From: Dehalococcoidia bacterium
GTDB lineage: Bacteria > Chloroflexota > Dehalococcoidia > DSTF01 > WHTK01
Assembly (NCBI GenBank): GCA_965197795.1
Contig: OZ240228.1
Span: forward strand, 2,893,177-2,957,176
Direction: 5' to 3'
DNA: 64,000 nucleotides
The notes beneath the pieces are model-generated. The model made no database searches, was not told the DNA's origin, and saw nothing but the letters and a program-made list of their open reading frames with translations. The position numbers and the translations under genes are program-made. Within the stretch, counting starts at the first letter, position 1, and every line of letters begins with the position of its first letter. Shown piece after piece: positions 51,440 through 61,445 of the stretch.

Positions 51440-52884
51440 TTGTCGATTAACGTGGCACGCAGGAAGCGGAGCGCCCTCTACCTCAGCATCGCTGGCCTCG
51501 TACTCATCGAGCAGCGCTTTCAGCCATCTCTGCTCGAGACGTGGACGGTGTCACGGTGCGGATAGGCATGACTCTCGTCACTTTGGGTGCGGCGATGTGG
51601 CTGCCCTGGCAGGCCCTGCTACCAGCCGTGATGGCTGTTTGGCTCGGGCCCAATATCGGGCGATGGTCGAAGGTTACGAGCTCTTCAGCACCAACATGAT
51701 GCTCGAGCTGCCCGGCCTGCTCGGCCTCGCCGTGGTTTCGTCCATCGCCCGGATCTCGTTGCAGCACCTGAAGCATGAAAACATCATGCTCGGCATGAAC
51801 AACGAATCCATCGGAACGGATCCGGTTACGAGTGTGTTGGAAGAAAGCCAGCTGAGAAACTCGCTTGAGATCGAACTGTCACGCTCACGGCGGTTCCGTC
51901 GCACGTTCGCCTTCGTGCTGGTAGGCATCGACGAAATGCGCCAACGCTTTGATTATCGTGACCAGGCAGTCTGGCAGGCTAGCTTTGCCGCGACAGCTGA
52001 CCTGCTACGCGGAACGCGTAACAACGTAGACCGCATCTACCGCTACGGACCCGCCGGTTTCGCGCTGGTGCTTCCGGAATCAGGCCCGAAAGACGTCGAC
52101 GGACTCGTGCGACGCTTGCGGCGCGTGGCGCGAAACGAGAAACCCTCAGAGTCGGAGCCGGGCGGACCCCTGCCGACGCACTACGGCGCCACCTTTTTCC
52201 CCACCTGCGCGACCACGGTCGACGACCTGATTCGTCGTGCCGAGATTGCACTTCGCATCGCGGACAATAACGCCAACCGAGTACAGCTTGACGGGGCCAC
52301 GGCCCCGGAGATGCCCCCGGTTGAGACCCTGCGTCAGCGGGATTCAGACAGCTCACCCAAGGAGTTCAACCGCCAGCCGTCTTTGCCTGAGCTCTCAACA
52401 GCGACCTCACTTCGAGTCATCGAGCCAGCGACTTCTGGCGCCGTACCGGCCGAGCCGGCGGCAACCGATGAAAGCGTCGTTGCTTCACCGGACCTCGAGC
52501 CGGTTACCGCTATCGAAGCGCCGGCCGCCCTGGTCGCAGCAGAAGCCGAGACGCTGCCACCGGTCCTCGAAGGTTGTCCAGGTCACCGATGACAACGACG
52601 TGCCACGCGCCGAGGTGATCGGGGTCGACGAGGAGCCCCCGCCCCCGATCGAGGTCTTCGCCTTCCATGCGCCGGAACCCGCCGTAGACAGTTATAACCG
52701 CGGTTGGCAGGCGGAGGCACCGCTGAGCGTCATCCGCAGGCCACATCCCATACCCGGGCTCAGCGCGATCGACAGCCAGCCGACATCCCAGGAGTCAGCG
52801 GTCAACCTCAACCTGGATGATGCACTCAAGCAGTTGGACGGGACGCTGGAGCTAATCCGTTCTATGAAGCGGCGCAGCGCCTAG
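51440..52884 (+). CDS. membrane-anchored degenerate GGDEF-domain protein with disordered tail (frameshifted)
   Basis: N-terminal TM segments in shifted frames; TDPVTSV, ELSRSRR, RNNVDRIYRYGPAGFALVLPE, LIRRAEIAL; C-terminal helix LDDALKQLDGTLELIRSMKRRSA in another frame. Confidence 0.7.
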
Positions 52885-52919
52885 CACGCTCGCCCTGCCA
52901 AACGGGACTACGAGACAGG

Positions 52920-53711
52920 CTAGAGGCCCAGGAGCTTATCCAGCCCCACGACTAGTTCCTTGCGATTGACGACTTCACGCGTGGCCATGAGCACGCCCGG
53001 GATGAAGGAATCCCTGCCGTTGGAGTCGTGACGAATGCGCAGCGACTGGCCGAGACCTCCGAAGGTAATCTCGTGGTGGGCTACGAAGCCTGGCATGCGC
53101 TGGCTATGAATCGCGATGCCTTCGTACTCTGAACCGCGCGCCCCTGCCAGCGTGTCCTTCTCAGGCATGGTGTGTTCGAACGGCCTGCCGCGACCAGCGA
53201 TCATCTCGCGCGCCGCCGCGACGGCTGTGCCAGACGGCGCATCCAGCTTCTTTTCCTGGTGCATTTCCGTGATCTCGGCGTAGTCGAAGAACCGCGACGC
53301 CAGCTTCGCAAGATGGATCATCACCACGGCGCCAATCGCGAAGTTCGGCGCGATGAAGGCGCCCAATTGCTTCTCTTTGCAGCCGGCCGCGAAGTCATTA
53401 ACGAACGACTCCGGGAGACCGGTCGTACCGATGACCATTGACGCCCCATTCTCGAGAGCCGCTCTGGCGACCTCAGGCGTCCACTGAGCGTTGGTGAAGT
53501 CGATGATGACGCGCGGCCTGGTGCGCGCGATGAGGTCCGCTGGGTCGTTGCTGAGCGGAATCTCGCCGCCAGTCGAAAGCGACACCGAGCCCTCAGTCGA
53601 GAACTTCTCGACTACGCCGACAGGCTCAAGATCCTCTTCGCGCGATACGGCCGCGAGCACCTCTCGGCCCATGAATCCTGTACCGGAAACGACGACGCTA
53701 ATCTTGTCCAC
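52920..53711 (-). CDS. dapB: 4-hydroxy-tetrahydrodipicolinate reductase
   Basis: GTGFMG, IDFT, GTTG, APNFAIG, EMHQEKKLDAPSGTA. Confidence 0.95.
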   Translation of the reverse strand: MDKISVVVSGTGFMGREVLAAVSREEDLEPVGVVEKFSTEGSVSLSTGGEIPLSNDPADLIARTRPRVIIDFTNAQWTPEVARAALENGASMVIGTTGLPESFVNDFAAGCKEKQLGAFIAPNFAIGAVVMIHLAKLASRFFDYAEITEMHQEKKLDAPSGTAVAAAREMIAGRGRPFEHTMPEKDTLAGARGSEYEGIAIHSQRMPGFVAHHEITFGGLGQSLRIRHDSNGRDSFIPGVLMATREVVNRKELVVGLDKLLGL

Positions 53712-53753
53712 GAGAGACCCCCTGGCGTCATCTTAGCGTTCGCGCCAACCGCG

Positions 53754-56048
53754 CTACGGCTGACCAGGGCGCGGCGGCCTGCGACCTCCACTGCCTGCGC
53801 CACCTCCGCCTCCGCCGGGTCCACCTCGGCCACGGCCGCCACGGCGACGGTTGAATCCACCGCCGTCACCGGCCGGTCTTGGAGCGCGCTGCGGCGGCCG
53901 CACGGTCGTTAGCATCGAACTGCGACGAGCCATCGGCGACGGTATTTCACCTGGCACCTCCAGCTCTTCCGATTCGGTGCCGTCGAGGACCGCACGTCGC
54001 GACAGGTTGATGCGACCGAGGTTGTCGATCTCCAGGACCATGACCTCGATTTCATCCCCTACGTTGACCACGTCTTCGACACTCGGGACCCGGTAGTCGG
54101 CCAGCTCGCCGATACGGACGAGACCCTCTTTGCCTGGCATGATCTCTACGAAGGCGCCGAAATCGACCGTGCGTGTAACGCGCCCGGTGTATTTCTGACC
54201 TACGACCGCCTCCTGCGTCAGACCTTCGATGATCGCGATCGCTTTGCGGGCGTTCTCCTCATTGGTCGATCCGACGTAGACCGAGCCGTCGTCCTCGACG
54301 TCGACCGTACACTTCGTCTCTTCGATAATCGAGCGCACCATCTTGCCCCCGGGACCGATGACGGCGCCGATCTTTTCGCGCGGGATCTGCAGGCGGTAGA
54401 CACGTGGCGCGTAGCGCGAAAGCTCGTTGCGCGGCGTATCGATTGCCTCGCTGAGCTTGCTCAGGATGAACATGCGGCCCTGACGCGCCCGCTCGACGAT
54501 CTCCTCGACCATCGGCAGCGTCAGGCCGTGGGTTTTGAAGTCCGCCTGTACAGCGGTGATGCCCGTAGTGGTACCGGCAACCTTGAAGTCCATATCGCCC
54601 AGGTGATCTTCCAGGCCCGCGATGTCGGTGAGAATCTTGTACTCGTCACCTTCGCCCGTCACCAGGCCCATCGCCACACCAGCCACCGGCTCGCGGATCG
54701 GCACGCCGGCATCCATCAACGCCAGGCTGCTGGCGCAGATGCTGGCCTGCGACGTGCTGCCGTTGCTGCCGAGCACCTCGGAGACAATTCGCAGCGTGTA
54801 AGGGAAGTCGGTCTCGGACGGAATGACCGGCTCCAGCGCACGCTCACCGAGAGCGCCGTGACCAAGCTCGCGCCGGCCCGTGCCACCCATGCGCCGAACT
54901 TCACCCACCGAATACGGCGGGAAGTTGTAGTGGTGCATGAAGCGCTTGGTCTCTTCCGGCGAAAGCGTGTCCAGCTTTTGCCTGGCGCTCATAGGCCCGA
55001 GCGTCACGATGCTGAGGACCTGCGTTTCACCGCGCTGGAACAGGCCCGTGCCATGCGTGCGCGGCAGGATGCCGACGTCGCAGGTGATCGGCCGCAACTC
55101 GTCGAGTGCCCGTCCATCCGCGCGCTTGCCTTCTTTGAGAATACGCCCGCGCACCGTCTTCTTGACCACGGCCTCCAGGGCTTCCGCGAGCTCACCAGCG
55201 CTGAACTGCTCGCCGAACTTGGAGGCGAGCTCGTCTTTCAGCGCGCCGTGGCCCTGGGTGCGCTCTTCCTTGACGGACTCGAGCACGTCATCGAGGCGGT
55301 CCTTGAGGAAGTCGGCGACGGCCGCTTCGGCCTCCGCGTTGACCGCCTTGACCTCGAAGCTGAACTTTGGCTTGCCGAGCTCTTTAACGAGCTCGTCTTG
55401 AACCTTGATCAGCGTCTGGTTGGATTCGTGGGCCAGCTTGACGGCCTCGAGGAAGATCTCTTCGCTGACGCCGTTGGCGCCGGCCTCGACCATGATCACA
55501 CGCTCTCGGGTCGAGGTGACCACGAGGTCGAGGTCGCCCTCCTTGAGCTCGCTGTAGGTCGGGTAAAGGATGAACTCGCCGTCGACGCGTCCGACGCGAA
55601 CTGCGGATACCGGGCCTTCGAACGGGATCTCCGAGTAGCTCAGCGCCGCTGACGCACCGATCGTCGCGAGGATGTCGGGATCGTTCTCCATATCAGCGGA
55701 GAGGACCGTGATGATGATCTGGACGTCGTTACGGAAGCCCTTGGGGAACAGCGGCCGCAGGGCGCGGTCCGTCATCCGGCCGGCAAGCACCGCGTCTGTC
55801 GACGGGCGTCCTTCGCGTCGCGGAAAGCTGCCGGGTATCTTGCCAACGGCATACAGGCGCTCTTCGAAGTCGATCGTCAGCGGGAAAAAGTCGATGTCAG
55901 GCCGAGGTTCAGGCGTCATGCAGGCCGTGACCAAAACGACTGTCTCGCCGATGGCGACGGTGATTGAACCGCTGGCCTGGGTCGCCAGACGCCCTGTTTC
56001 GATGATCAGCGACTTGCCGCCGACTTCAACTTCGTAGATGTTCGACAT
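53754..56048 (-). CDS. pnp: polyribonucleotide nucleotidyltransferase
   Basis: Two RNase PH domains (RREGRP, RRELGHG, EDHLGDMDFKVAG), KH (IGPGGK) and S1 domains. Confidence 0.98.
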   Translation of the reverse strand: MSNIYEVEVGGKSLIIETGRLATQASGSITVAIGETVVLVTACMTPEPRPDIDFFPLTIDFEERLYAVGKIPGSFPRREGRPSTDAVLAGRMTDRALRPLFPKGFRNDVQIIITVLSADMENDPDILATIGASAALSYSEIPFEGPVSAVRVGRVDGEFILYPTYSELKEGDLDLVVTSTRERVIMVEAGANGVSEEIFLEAVKLAHESNQTLIKVQDELVKELGKPKFSFEVKAVNAEAEAAVADFLKDRLDDVLESVKEERTQGHGALKDELASKFGEQFSAGELAEALEAVVKKTVRGRILKEGKRADGRALDELRPITCDVGILPRTHGTGLFQRGETQVLSIVTLGPMSARQKLDTLSPEETKRFMHHYNFPPYSVGEVRRMGGTGRRELGHGALGERALEPVIPSETDFPYTLRIVSEVLGSNGSTSQASICASSLALMDAGVPIREPVAGVAMGLVTGEGDEYKILTDIAGLEDHLGDMDFKVAGTTTGITAVQADFKTHGLTLPMVEEIVERARQGRMFILSKLSEAIDTPRNELSRYAPRVYRLQIPREKIGAVIGPGGKMVRSIIEETKCTVDVEDDGSVYVGSTNEENARKAIAIIEGLTQEAVVGQKYTGRVTRTVDFGAFVEIMPGKEGLVRIGELADYRVPSVEDVVNVGDEIEVMVLEIDNLGRINLSRRAVLDGTESEELEVPGEIPSPMARRSSMLTTVRPPQRAPRPAGDGGGFNRRRGGRGRGGPGGGGGGAGSGGRRPPRPGQP

Positions 56049-56235
56049 TGCTTATTTCTCTTCCTTCCAACCTGACATCGCCGTCCCGGGGTTGAACCTT
56101 GAATTAGACGGCGGAAAATGCGGCGCAACCTGCGCGAAGCTTCTGAGAAGCGATTTCCTTACGTGGAGACTGGGACCGCCACAGGCCGTCCCGGAAGCCG
56201 ATCTCAGCCTTAATCAAAGGAAAAGGCCCCGCAGT

Positions 56236-56505
56236 TTACTTGCGGAGGCCCAGTTTTGCGATGATTGCGCGGTAACGCTCAACGTCCTTCTTGTTCAGGT
56301 AAGCCAGCTGCCTACGGCGCTGACCGACCATCTTCAAAAGCCCGCGCCGGGAGTGGTGGTCCTTCCGGTGGACGCGCAGATGTTGCGTAACGTGATTGAT
56401 GCGATCGGTCAGCATCGCAATTTGCACCTCGGCGGAACCGGTGTCCGTCGCGTGCTTGTGATGCTCTTCGATGATTTCGGTTTTGCGCTCTGTCGCTAGA
56501 GGCAT
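56236..56505 (-). CDS. rpsO: 30S ribosomal protein S15
   Basis: [30 protein letters not shown]; upstream of pnp. Confidence 0.99.
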   Translation of the reverse strand: MPLATERKTEIIEEHHKHATDTGSAEVQIAMLTDRINHVTQHLRVHRKDHHSRRGLLKMVGQRRRQLAYLNKKDVERYRAIIAKLGLRK

Positions 56506-56655
56506 TCGGCCCTCGGGCCCTCGTCAGTTCTATGTCTGATTTACGCGTCGCGATTAGTCTAGCAGCCAGATTACCCTGCTGCAACGTCCATCCGAGCTCG
56601 ATCACATGGCTAACGGCATTGGTATGCACCGCCATGCCTCTCTATACTGACGGGG

Positions 56656-57315
56656 ATGACTTCTCTCCGGCGCCAAGCCTTCGCTTCGGCCTCGCGAAGG
56701 CGCCGGGCGGACGTCTCGAGGATACTTCAGGCGACGTCCAGCCCAGCGAGCAGCTCCGCTAACGATCCTCCTATCTTGATCCTGACCATCGGCCTGCCCG
56801 GCAGCGGGAAGTCGACCTTCGTCCGAGCGCTGGCGCCTCAGATCGACGCGGTCATTCTCGAAAGCGACGCCCTGAGGCGTCTCCTGTTCGATGAGCCCGC
56901 CTACACCGCTTCCGAGAGTCGAAGGCTGTTCGACGCGCTGCATGCGGCGGCAAATGACCTGCTCCTTGCCGGCCGTAATGTCATCATCGATGCCACCAGC
57001 ATCAGAGAATCCGAGCGGCAGCCGGCCTATCGAGCCGCGGAGGAGACTGGTGCCCGGCTGATGCTGCTGAGTTTCTCGGCATCGCAGGCCGTTATCGAAG
57101 GCCGTCTGTCGCGTCGTGCTGACACGTTGGATGCGAGCGATAACTCGTCGGCCGGACTGAGCATTTACCGCAGCATGGCCGCCAGGGCGGAGCCACCATC
57201 GCGGGATTGCTGGCGAATCGACACTTCCGACACCGAGAAAACAGACGCGGTGTTGAGCAGGGTGGTGGAGGCCTGCCGCTCAGGGTCGGGCCTGTTAGTT
57301 GGAGGATCCTGTTGA
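56656..57315 (+). CDS. AAA_33-like P-loop kinase
   Basis: GLPGSGKST, ESDALR, VIIDAT. Confidence 0.8.
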   Translation: MTSLRRQAFASASRRRRADVSRILQATSSPASSSANDPPILILTIGLPGSGKSTFVRALAPQIDAVILESDALRRLLFDEPAYTASESRRLFDALHAAANDLLLAGRNVIIDATSIRESERQPAYRAAEETGARLMLLSFSASQAVIEGRLSRRADTLDASDNSSAGLSIYRSMAARAEPPSRDCWRIDTSDTEKTDAVLSRVVEACRSGSGLLVGGSC

Positions 57316-58079
57316 GCCGAAGACCCAACGACCGGTTACAGCGCCGCGATGAACGCGCCGCCCGCCAGCCAGGCAATGCACAACGACGACGGCGACAGCG
57401 CGAAGGCTCCACCGCCGTTCGCACCTCGGGCTGCGGGCCATCGATGTCAACCATCCTCGTCGCTATCGGCGTTATTGGCATCGCGGCGCTGCTGGTCTAC
57501 GCCGTGACGCAGACAAATAACGCCGATACGGGCCCAACCGACGCCCAGCTGGCCGAGCTCGACGACGACCCCAGCATCCCGGGCGTCTATTTCCCGCCGC
57601 ATCCTGGAGCGGACGGCCTGCAAGGATCCCGCGACGACCGAGTGCATTTCGCGCCAGGCACGGTCATCCCATTCTGCAGTCCAGAGCAGATCGACTCCGG
57701 CACCATCAGCGATCCCCTCTGCTACACCAGCAACCCGCCTGTTTCCGGACCTCACTCCAGCACGCCGCAAGGCTTCACCAACCTGGCGAACCCGGCGCCC
57801 AAGGAGAACATCGTCCACAGCATGGAGCACGGCGGCGTCTTCGTCTGGTACAACACCAGCGACGAGGACGCGATTGACCTGATCAAGTCGGTCGTCTCAG
57901 ACAACGAAGACCGGCGGCGTTTCGCGGGCAGCACCATCTATACGGAGATGGAAGGAGAGACCGTCGCAATCACGTCATGGACGCGGTTGGACAAGTTCCC
58001 CGTGTCCGAGCTAACGCGAGAGCGCTTGCAAGAGTTCATCGACGCCAACCACAAGCGCTTCAACCCGGAGGGCTTCTAG
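57312..58079 (+). CDS. DUF3105 domain membrane protein
   Basis: Basic N-terminus, one TM helix, YTSNPPVSGPH and VHSMEHGGV; TTG 57312 behind GGAGG. Confidence 0.8.
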   Translation: MSRRPNDRLQRRDERAARQPGNAQRRRRQREGSTAVRTSGCGPSMSTILVAIGVIGIAALLVYAVTQTNNADTGPTDAQLAELDDDPSIPGVYFPPHPGADGLQGSRDDRVHFAPGTVIPFCSPEQIDSGTISDPLCYTSNPPVSGPHSSTPQGFTNLANPAPKENIVHSMEHGGVFVWYNTSDEDAIDLIKSVVSDNEDRRRFAGSTIYTEMEGETVAITSWTRLDKFPVSELTRERLQEFIDANHKRFNPEGF

Positions 58080-58128
58080 GTCACTGCGTGACGGCATAGG
58101 CTGCCGCGATTGGATACGGTAGCTTTGC

Positions 58129-58920
58129 TCAGGCCTCGTCTGCGGATCTCATGCTCAGTTGGCGCTTGAGCAACTTGTAGCCGCGCCGTTGCATGAAGAC
58201 AGCGAAGGCGACGCCGCCGCCGGCAGCAAGCAGGCCGCCGGCCCAGTCGAGAAAGAAATGATTGCCGGTAAACACCGTGGAGGTCGACTGCGCGACGACG
58301 TGCGCCACTGCCAGGAGAAGCACGAAGCGGTTGCCCGGTAACGCCCGAGTCACCCCAAACGCCACTAGCAGAGCCCAGCCGACGTGGAGGCTGGGCATGG
58401 CAGCGTACGGGTTGACGAAGAATTCGGTCGACTGAGCCTGATAGCTGGCGTTGTTGTAGACCTGCAGCGTGTCCAGCAACTCGGCCTCAGGTAGCAGCCG
58501 GGGCGGCGCCACCGGGAACAGATAGTACGACGCTAATGCCATCGCTCCCGAGAACAGGATCGCGTCGCGCGTGAACGTGTACTGAGGCCGGCGCCGGAAG
58601 TACATCCACAACCCCAGCACCGCGATTAACGGGAAGTCCAGCCAGAAGTAAACGAAGTTGAAGAACCGGACGATCAGCTCTGTGCCGATGATCGCGTCCT
58701 GCCACGCTGCCTCGGCGTAAATGCCGAGCGCCTGCTCCGCGTCGACCAGCTGCCTGGCGTTATCGAGAGCAACCTCGGGGCGGTCGACCACGTTGGCGCG
58801 CACGATGAAGTAGAGCAGAAACGCGAGCGCCATCAGGCCCAGCTCGGCGACATCGCGGTAGATGGGGCGCTCCGCAACCGATATCAAACGCCCGCCGAGC
58901 AAACCCTCCCTGCGTGCCAT
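58129..58920 (-). CDS. PAP2 superfamily protein (IPC synthase/AUR1-like subfamily)
   Basis: FPVAPPR, NPYAAMPSLH and GNHFFLD motifs; multiple TM helices. Confidence 0.85.
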   Translation of the reverse strand: MARREGLLGGRLISVAERPIYRDVAELGLMALAFLLYFIVRANVVDRPEVALDNARQLVDAEQALGIYAEAAWQDAIIGTELIVRFFNFVYFWLDFPLIAVLGLWMYFRRRPQYTFTRDAILFSGAMALASYYLFPVAPPRLLPEAELLDTLQVYNNASYQAQSTEFFVNPYAAMPSLHVGWALLVAFGVTRALPGNRFVLLLAVAHVVAQSTSTVFTGNHFFLDWAGGLLAAGGGVAFAVFMQRRGYKLLKRQLSMRSADEA

Positions 58921-58945
58921 TAATTCAGGCTATCACCGGCGGCCG

Positions 58946-60460
58946 TTACTTGGACCCTGACGTAGCCTCCGAATACTGCATGGCCAGGTTGACCAGGGTG
59001 CGCACCGGTATGCCGCTGGCGCCCTTGACGATGACACCCTTGTCGCGGTCGTAGTTGTCGACGCCGGCGATGTCGAGGTGGACCCACGGCGTGTCATCGA
59101 CGAATTCCTTCAACAGCATCGCGGCGGTTATCGATCCGGCGCCGCGGCCGCCCGTGTTTTTCATATCGGCCACGTCGCTCTTGATCTGCTCCCTGTACTC
59201 GTCGTACATCGGTAGCTCCCAGATCTTCTCGCCCGCGTCCGACGCCGCTTGCTTCAAGCGCTCCATGAGCCCCGGATCGTTGCCCATCGCGCCCATCGCG
59301 ACGTTACCCAGCGTGATGCTGATCGCGCCCGTCAGCGTGGCGATGTCGACGATGGCAGACGCGTCCTGCTCGCGAGCGTAGGCGAGGCCGTCGGACAGAA
59401 TGAGGCGCCCCTCTGCATCGGTGTTGATCACCTCGATCGTCTTACCCGCCATCGTCTTCAGCACGTCGCCGGGCTTGATCGCACTGCCGCCGGGCATGTT
59501 CTCCGTGGCCGGGACGATACCAACGACGTTCGCCGCGGGGCGCAGGCGGGCGATCGCTCCCATCGCGGCAATAACCGAGGCGCCGCCCGACATGTCGCCC
59601 TTCATTTCTTCCATGCCGGCCGCCGGCTTGATCGAGATGCCACCCGTATCGAACGTGATGCCCTTGCCGACGAGCGCGAGCGGTTTCGAATCGCCGCCGC
59701 CGTTGTAGCGAAGCACGATGAAGCGAGGCTCCTGCGAGCTGCCCGCGGCGACACCGAGAACTCCACCCATGCCCTTTTCGCTCATCCAACCGGGGCCAAA
59801 GATCTCGCACTCGAGGCCCGTATCGGCAGCGAGGTCTTTGGCGCGGTCCGCCATCTCGGTCGGTGTGAGGTAGTTGGAGGGCTCATTCGCCAGATCGCGG
59901 CAGAAGTTCGCCGCCTCTGCCAGGATGCGTCCGCGTTCGATGCCACTCTCCAGGGATGCGACATTGGTGGCGTCGTGCTCCACCAATGTCAGCGACTCCA
60001 CCTCGAAGTCTTCCTCCGGTGGCTTCTTGTGGCGCATGAAGCGGTACAGCCCCATGAGCGTGCCCTCGGCGATAGCGGAGGCGCAGTCCTCCGTGCCCAG
60101 ACCGCCGATCCCCGCGCCGTGGGTGATCACACCCGCGTCCTTGATGCGGTTGCGCCGCAGGAAGCGCGCCAGGTCGGCGGAAACTGAACGCACCTTGTCG
60201 ATGTCGAAGTCGTCCGACTTGCCGAGGCCGGCAACGATGACACGCGGCGAAGGTACGCGGCCCATCGAGTGCACCAGCGCGAACTCGCCGGACCTGCCGC
60301 GAATATCACCGGCGGCGATGAGGTCCTTGATCGCGCCGCCCATCGCCGCGTCCACCGCGCCGGTGCCGCCGTCGGGCACATCAACGCCCTCGAAGAGATT
60401 GACCACGATGGCGTCTGCAGCGAACGCGCTGACGTCGCCGGAAGTTACCTTGATTTGCAT
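58946..60460 (-). CDS. pepA: leucyl aminopeptidase (M17)
   Basis: VGKGITFDTGG, MKGDMSG, NTDAEGRL, ATLTGA, HLDIAG. Confidence 0.97.
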   Translation of the reverse strand: MQIKVTSGDVSAFAADAIVVNLFEGVDVPDGGTGAVDAAMGGAIKDLIAAGDIRGRSGEFALVHSMGRVPSPRVIVAGLGKSDDFDIDKVRSVSADLARFLRRNRIKDAGVITHGAGIGGLGTEDCASAIAEGTLMGLYRFMRHKKPPEEDFEVESLTLVEHDATNVASLESGIERGRILAEAANFCRDLANEPSNYLTPTEMADRAKDLAADTGLECEIFGPGWMSEKGMGGVLGVAAGSSQEPRFIVLRYNGGGDSKPLALVGKGITFDTGGISIKPAAGMEEMKGDMSGGASVIAAMGAIARLRPAANVVGIVPATENMPGGSAIKPGDVLKTMAGKTIEVINTDAEGRLILSDGLAYAREQDASAIVDIATLTGAISITLGNVAMGAMGNDPGLMERLKQAASDAGEKIWELPMYDEYREQIKSDVADMKNTGGRGAGSITAAMLLKEFVDDTPWVHLDIAGVDNYDRDKGVIVKGASGIPVRTLVNLAMQYSEATSGSK

Positions 60461-60564
60461 TACCCACCTCGCCCCGGTTGAGAAGAAACATCACCAACTA
60501 TGTTTTTAGTGGTGCACATCGTACAGGCTCTTCCGGTTGAGATCGAAACCTCGCTGCCTCTACC

Positions 60565-61413
60565 ATGGTGTTGACCATGAACTCGACTGATCTGCTGCGC
60601 CTGGTCTGCGAGACCAATTTCGCGTACCTCGCCCAGGGCAACGATCGCTTCGAGGCCCACGGAGCCTCGTTCATCGTCAACACGAGAACGCCGCGCCGGT
60701 ATGACTCGAACGGCGTCGGACTGATCCGTACGGCATCTCCGGCCGCGCTCGAATCGCTGTTGGCGCGCGCCGAGTCCGAGTTCGCCGCCAATTCTCACCG
60801 CGCCTGGGGTGTGGATGGATTGACGCCGGCCCACGTCTCGGCGCGACTCGCGTTGGAGCTGGGCTACCGCACCAACGACGCGCTGGTGCACGTGCTCGAG
60901 GGCGAACTCCACGTCACAGCCCGTCCGGGCCGAGTGTCAGCATCGGAGATCGAGATTCGTGAGGTCATCAGCGAGGACGATTGGCGAGCCTACCGCGAAC
61001 TGGATGCGATGTGGTGGCAAGAGACGGGAACCAGCGAGCTCGGACCTTATGGTCCCAGCCTGCACGACGAGTTCATGGTCTGCCGCCGCCTCAAAGCGCC
61101 CCAGACGCGGACTTGGTTCGCCTGCCTCGACGGCGTGCCGCGCGCCTTCTTCTGCTCGTGGCCGGGAGAGAACGGCGTCGGCATGGTCGAAGACCTGTAC
61201 TGCCACCCGGAGTATCGACATCGCGGGCTGGCGACAACGCTTATCGCGCATGCCGTGGCGGACTGCCGCGACCGCGGCGCCGGGCCGGTGCTGATCAACT
61301 CGGACCCCAACGATACGCCGAAGCGGATGTACGCGGCGTTGGGCTTCCGGCCCCTCTTCGTCCACCGCGGCTACGTGAAGCGGTTGGACGAAAAGAAAGA
61401 CGCTCCGGCTTAG
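60565..61413 (+). CDS. GNAT family N-acetyltransferase
   Basis: C-terminal EDLYCHPEYRHRGLA and YAALGF acetyl-CoA motifs. Confidence 0.82.
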   Translation: MVLTMNSTDLLRLVCETNFAYLAQGNDRFEAHGASFIVNTRTPRRYDSNGVGLIRTASPAALESLLARAESEFAANSHRAWGVDGLTPAHVSARLALELGYRTNDALVHVLEGELHVTARPGRVSASEIEIREVISEDDWRAYRELDAMWWQETGTSELGPYGPSLHDEFMVCRRLKAPQTRTWFACLDGVPRAFFCSWPGENGVGMVEDLYCHPEYRHRGLATTLIAHAVADCRDRGAGPVLINSDPNDTPKRMYAALGFRPLFVHRGYVKRLDEKKDAPA

Positions 61414-61445
61414 CCGAGCGTCTCGATCCGCCGGTCCGTTTGACC

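Noticed and set aside
51597-52300. Active diguanylate cyclase call
   Set aside because: The signature reads GPAGF and the first metal-binding Asp of the DxD motif is Gly (GIDE), so catalysis is unlikely
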